From positions 47,060,001 through 47,124,000 of the forward strand of contig CM059432.1 of the NCBI GenBank assembly GCA_030390025.1: DNA of 64,000 bases. The letters run 5' to 3'. Within the stretch, counting starts at the first letter, position 1. Every line of letters starts with the position of its first letter. The notes under the pieces were generated by a model. The model did not search any database. It was not told the origin of the DNA and worked only from the letters and a program-made list of their open reading frames with translations. Positions 60,041 through 64,000 of the stretch are shown here, piece after piece. The translations under genes and the position numbers were made by a program. The stretch comes from Squalus acanthias. Its lineage: Eukaryota.

Positions 60041-61050
60041 GTTGAAAGTGAGGTCCTGACTAATTCCTAGCCATGTGCTTTGTTGTGGCACCAGGCGGTG
60101 GGTGCCATGTGAGATAGAGTAGTGTTGTCACCTGGTGTCTCACAACACAAGTGAGCAAGAGCAGATGGTGGAGACAGGGACAGCAGTGGAGACTCCTCGC
60201 CAGAGGGCCCAGGATGCTCCCAGCTCTGCTCGGCTGTATGCAGACGCTGAGCATCGGGGGCCATCCAGAAAGAGGGCGATCCTGGAGGTGCAGCAAGAAG
60301 TGCAGGAGACTATGACAGATTTTGCGACCGCGATGTCTGCAAATGTGCAGAGAATGGAGGAGTCCAGCTCCAACAAGAGCACCACTGTGTCGCAGGTGAT
60401 GGCGACTGTAGGCTCTTCCATGGATAGGATGACCACCTGCATGGAGTAGCTAATTCGCCACTCACAGGAGCACATGCTATCTATGGAGAATAGATGGCTA
60501 TCTATGGAGATAGATGGCAGACGCTCATAGACCTCCTCTCTAGAGAGATGTCAACGTAGATGTGGGTCCTCACAGCCCCACTGCTGTGCAGCCAGGTGCT
60601 CTCCAGCTTCTTGCTAGCAGGGAAGTGCGGGTGGCCCATGAGAGGATGATGGTGAGAGGGAACATGGAAATGGGGGCTCCTCTCAAAGTGCACACAAAGC
60701 TTTCCCCCATTGCCACTCCCCCTCGCCCCACCTCAGTCAGCACCCCAGATAGCTCCTCGAATCACGATGGCCAAGTCTGCCCTTGCACAGTCGCAGGAGG
60801 AGCAGACTTTGGCAGAGCCATCACAGGCTCCAAAGCCCAGAGGACATCCACCAAAAGTGTCTACGCAGTCGCAGCAGGGAAGTGAGCAGGCTGCCTCTAC
60901 CTCTGCTGAAGCCATAGGGGTAGTACCTCGTAGAAGCACACTTAAATGAAAGATAAAACACAAGTAGATGCACAAGAGTAGCCACTTGGGTGTTTTAATA
61001 CATGTTTCTGTGAAGTTTCCGTTACTGTGATGTCACACACAAAACTATTT

Positions 61051-61943
61051 GGGGGAGAAATTCAGTATCGCCCCATTTGGGGCGCAATTATCGGCCGGGC
61101 GCAAAGATTAGCGCCTGGCGCTAATTATCGCCTCTGACTGTAAACTTGACTTTTATCGCCCCTGGAGGTGATTGGAGCGCTAAATCAGGCTCTTCACACC
61201 TGTCTTAAGGCGCAAAGGCCGAGGAGGGAGGCGCTAACTCAGAGCGCTGGCGAAGCTCATGTGATGTCAGTCAGCAATGGAACACACACACAATGGCGCA
61301 GGCAAGTTCTTAAAGGGGAGGGTTGATCTTGCTTTCCATTCACATCCTGCTCATTGCAGCCTTGAATCTCGGCCTGGAGAGACCTGTACATCAAATCTGC
61401 TGGAAAGAACAATGGAGAGTACCAGGAAAAGAGCTCAGAGTGCAGCACCCACAGTCTCTTCTAAATCGATACAAGGAAGGGCAAATCAAAATGAAACTGC
61501 AAAGTGCAGCTCAGTACCCAAAACTCCTTCACACAGCGTTGAATCTCTCCAGAAGTCTGTCTCTCTCTCTCTCAGAATGCGTGGTTCAAAAATATCACCA
61601 ACAATAAAAGGCAGGAAGCGGTCGCCTTTAAATAGCGCTCCCCCAGTCCCTTCCTGACTGCAAAATGCTCCCCTCAACCTGTCGTTGCTAGCGGCAGGCG
61701 GTAAGGCAGGGGGCGCCACTCAATATACGCTCCGGGCCACTACCGGGGTGTTGCGCACTCGACTGACATCACGATCTGCCGGCGCAGGAGATCGTGGCGG
61801 TAGTGTTTAGTGCCGCCGCAAAATGTCTAGTTAATTTCGCGAGCGGCGCAAACATCGCCGCCCCCGGGTGCTAGTTGCTTTGCGCCCCATTAGCGCCCTC
61901 TTAAGGCGCTAACGGGAGGCGCAACCAACTGAATTTTTCCCCC
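61051..61943. mobile_element. Harbinger MITE of the same family as the 1-2987 element
   Basis: GGGGGAGAAATTCAG / CTGAATTTTTCCCCC, TSD TTT; 61051-61440 is similar to the reverse complement of 2600-2987. Confidence 0.88.
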
Positions 61944-62162
61944 TTTATTTTCACCACTTTCCGGTCATGGACAAATTTGTGTGCAACTTTGGAAGTGACT
62001 TAGTGAGTTGGAGTGAATGGTGAGACATAACGTTACCTCCAGCAATGGTGATCAGTGTGAAAGGAATGACTTGGTCATTGTAGGGATGCTTTATGGTGTT
62101 GCTGTGGGGTATTGGGAGCCTGGCGCAGCATATGGCAGCCATATGGGTGTAATGCATGAAGT

Positions 62163-63372
62163 TAAGTAAATCTGGCCATGATGATGCCATCCCTGGCCTC
62201 CCGGGCAGCAAAGTGCTCGGGTGCTGGTGGATCAGAACCGCAGCTTCCTCCTGCTCCTCCTCCTCTTCTTCCAGCTGATGCTCCTCCTGCTCCTCCTCTG
62301 AAGAGGCTGTGCGCTCAGTGCCTTGCTCCTCATGCAACGCTAATCCTCGCTGCTGCGCCATGTTATGCAGGGTGCAGGAGACCAGGACAATTCTGGAGAC
62401 CCTGGCTGCTGCATACTGAAGCACTACTCCAGATCTGCCAAGGCATCTGAAGTGCATTTTCAGCATGCCTATTGTCTGCTCTATGAAATATCTGGTGGAA
62501 ACGTGGCTTTCATTTTATCTCTCCTCGACCTCAGTACTTGGCCTCCTCAAGGGTTGACATGAGCCACGTCTTCAGTGGATAGCTCTTGTCTCCAAGCAGC
62601 CAGCCGGAAAGTCTGTTTGGAGGAGCAAAGAGCTGAGGGAGAGTGGACTGGTGCAGGACGAAAGAGTCATGGCAGCTGCCAGGGAATTTGGCATCTTACT
62701 ATGGTTGCAGACGAGTTGCACATTGAGGGAGTGGAAGTCCTTGCGATTGACAAAGACTCCTGGGTGATGATGGGGTGTCCTGATGGCCACATGTGTGCAG
62801 TCGATGAGGCCCTGCACCCTTGGGAAGCCAGCCAGCGCGGCAAAGGCCAGCGCCCGCTCAGTAACACTGGCTTCATCAGTGACAAAGTTGATATAATTGG
62901 CTGACTTGTCAAAGAGGGCATCAGTCACCTGTGTGATGCTTCTGTGGGTGGCTGACTGCGAGATGCTGCAAATGTCTGCTGCAGATCCCTGGAAGGAGCC
63001 TGAGGTGAAGAAGTTGAGGGCAATGGTGACTTTAACAGCCACTGGTAAGGTGTGTCCACCCGCTCCTCTGGGCTGCAGGTCTTGCTCCAGCAATCTGCAA
63101 ATGTCTGCGACGACCTGGCGCAATAGCCTGAGCCTCCTTTGGCACTGCTGCTCCATCATGTTGAGGAAGCTCATCTTCTGCCTGTACACCCTGTGTTGGG
63201 GATATCGTTTCCGGTGCGGTGCAGCCCTGCGCTGATGCCCTCTGTCCTGAGCAGCATCAAGTGGTTGAGGAGAAGGTTGGTGGTGTTGCTGTTGATGCTG
63301 CTCGTGTGCCTGGTGCTGCTGGTGTTGGGGCTCATTGTGAGGACCAAGGTGAGACAGTATAAATGGCACCCA
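62163..63372 (-). pseudogene. Harbinger transposase pseudogene
   Basis: [45 protein letters not shown], then frameshifts, LKMHFRCL..SCTLHNMA. Confidence 0.85.
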
Positions 63373-63749
63373 TTCTGATATAATAGATGGCAGGTCAAGT
63401 AGAGATGACAGAAGCAATCTGTCAATGGTGTGATAGGTTCTACCAATGAGGTGACAGTGGATCCCGACTTTGCTGGAAACACTTGCAACCTCTAGAAAGC
63501 TAAATCTGTGCTGACAATGCACTCAGCAACAGCATCGGCTTTAGGAAAGTGACCATCTGTCAGGCGGGAGTTTTTATTGTACTTTTCATGCTGTGCGCTA
63601 ATGAGGTGGATCAATGGCCACTCAACTTCCGCCTCCGGTTCACAGACATGGTTCCCAAGCTGCGTGATTCTCGTGCTCTTCCAGGGAAATTTGAAAGGTA
63701 GGGTTAAAAAGATGCTTAAGGGTCTGGCAAATACCTGATACTGATGTCA

Positions 63750-63950
63750 GGTTAACTGTCCTATTTTCTCTCTCTCTCCGTTCTTGAATAGTGGTGTTGC
63801 ATTTGCTACCTTCCAATCCACAAGGTCCATTCTAGAACCCAGAGAAATCTGGAAGATCAAAACCAATGCATCCACTATTTCTGCAGCCACCTCTTTTAAA
63901 ACCCTAGGATGTAGGCCATCAGGTCCAGCGGATTTGTTAGCTTTTAGTCC
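63750..63950 (-). mobile_element. CR1 LINE fragment
   Basis: KSAGPDGLHPRVLKEVA..DWKVANATPLFK. Confidence 0.8.
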
Positions 63951-64000
63951 TGTGCACTCGCATTTAGTGATTTGTGTACCTGGACACCCCAATCTCTTTG

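Larger units (their letters stand above)
60085..63730. mobile_element. Harbinger remnant: Myb exon 3 (+, to about 60967) and transposase (-), with nested MITE
   Basis: 60085-60967 resembles 8450-9420; HARBI1-like ORF pieces on minus strand. Confidence 0.85.

Noticed and set aside
62163..63522. Host HARBI1 gene
   Set aside because: Frameshifted, paired with Myb remnants and multi-copy in the window; a transposon copy, not the domesticated gene.

Overview
This is vertebrate genomic DNA, very probably from a shark or other cartilaginous fish (inferred from the SINE/LINE repertoire). The whole window lies inside a plus-strand CNG-channel beta-subunit gene, most like CNGB3. Six canonical GT-AG exons can be read, equivalent to human exons 9-14 (end of S4 to the start of the cyclic-nucleotide-binding domain). 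The main finding is a second 142-nt, same-phase, stop-free copy of the pore/S6 exon at 25169-25310, 8 kb upstream of the canonical one (33242-33383). It encodes a very different selectivity filter (MIAELPYP vs TIGGIPEP), so the two look like mutually exclusive, swappable pore exons. The introns are packed with transposons: PIF/Harbinger elements (transposase plus spliced Myb/SANT gene) and their MITEs, CR1, L2 and RTE LINEs, a LINE with a tRNA-derived head, Deu-type SINEs, a probable solo LTR and a near-intact CsRn1-type Gypsy element. Comparisons to human proteins are from memory, and no searches were run.
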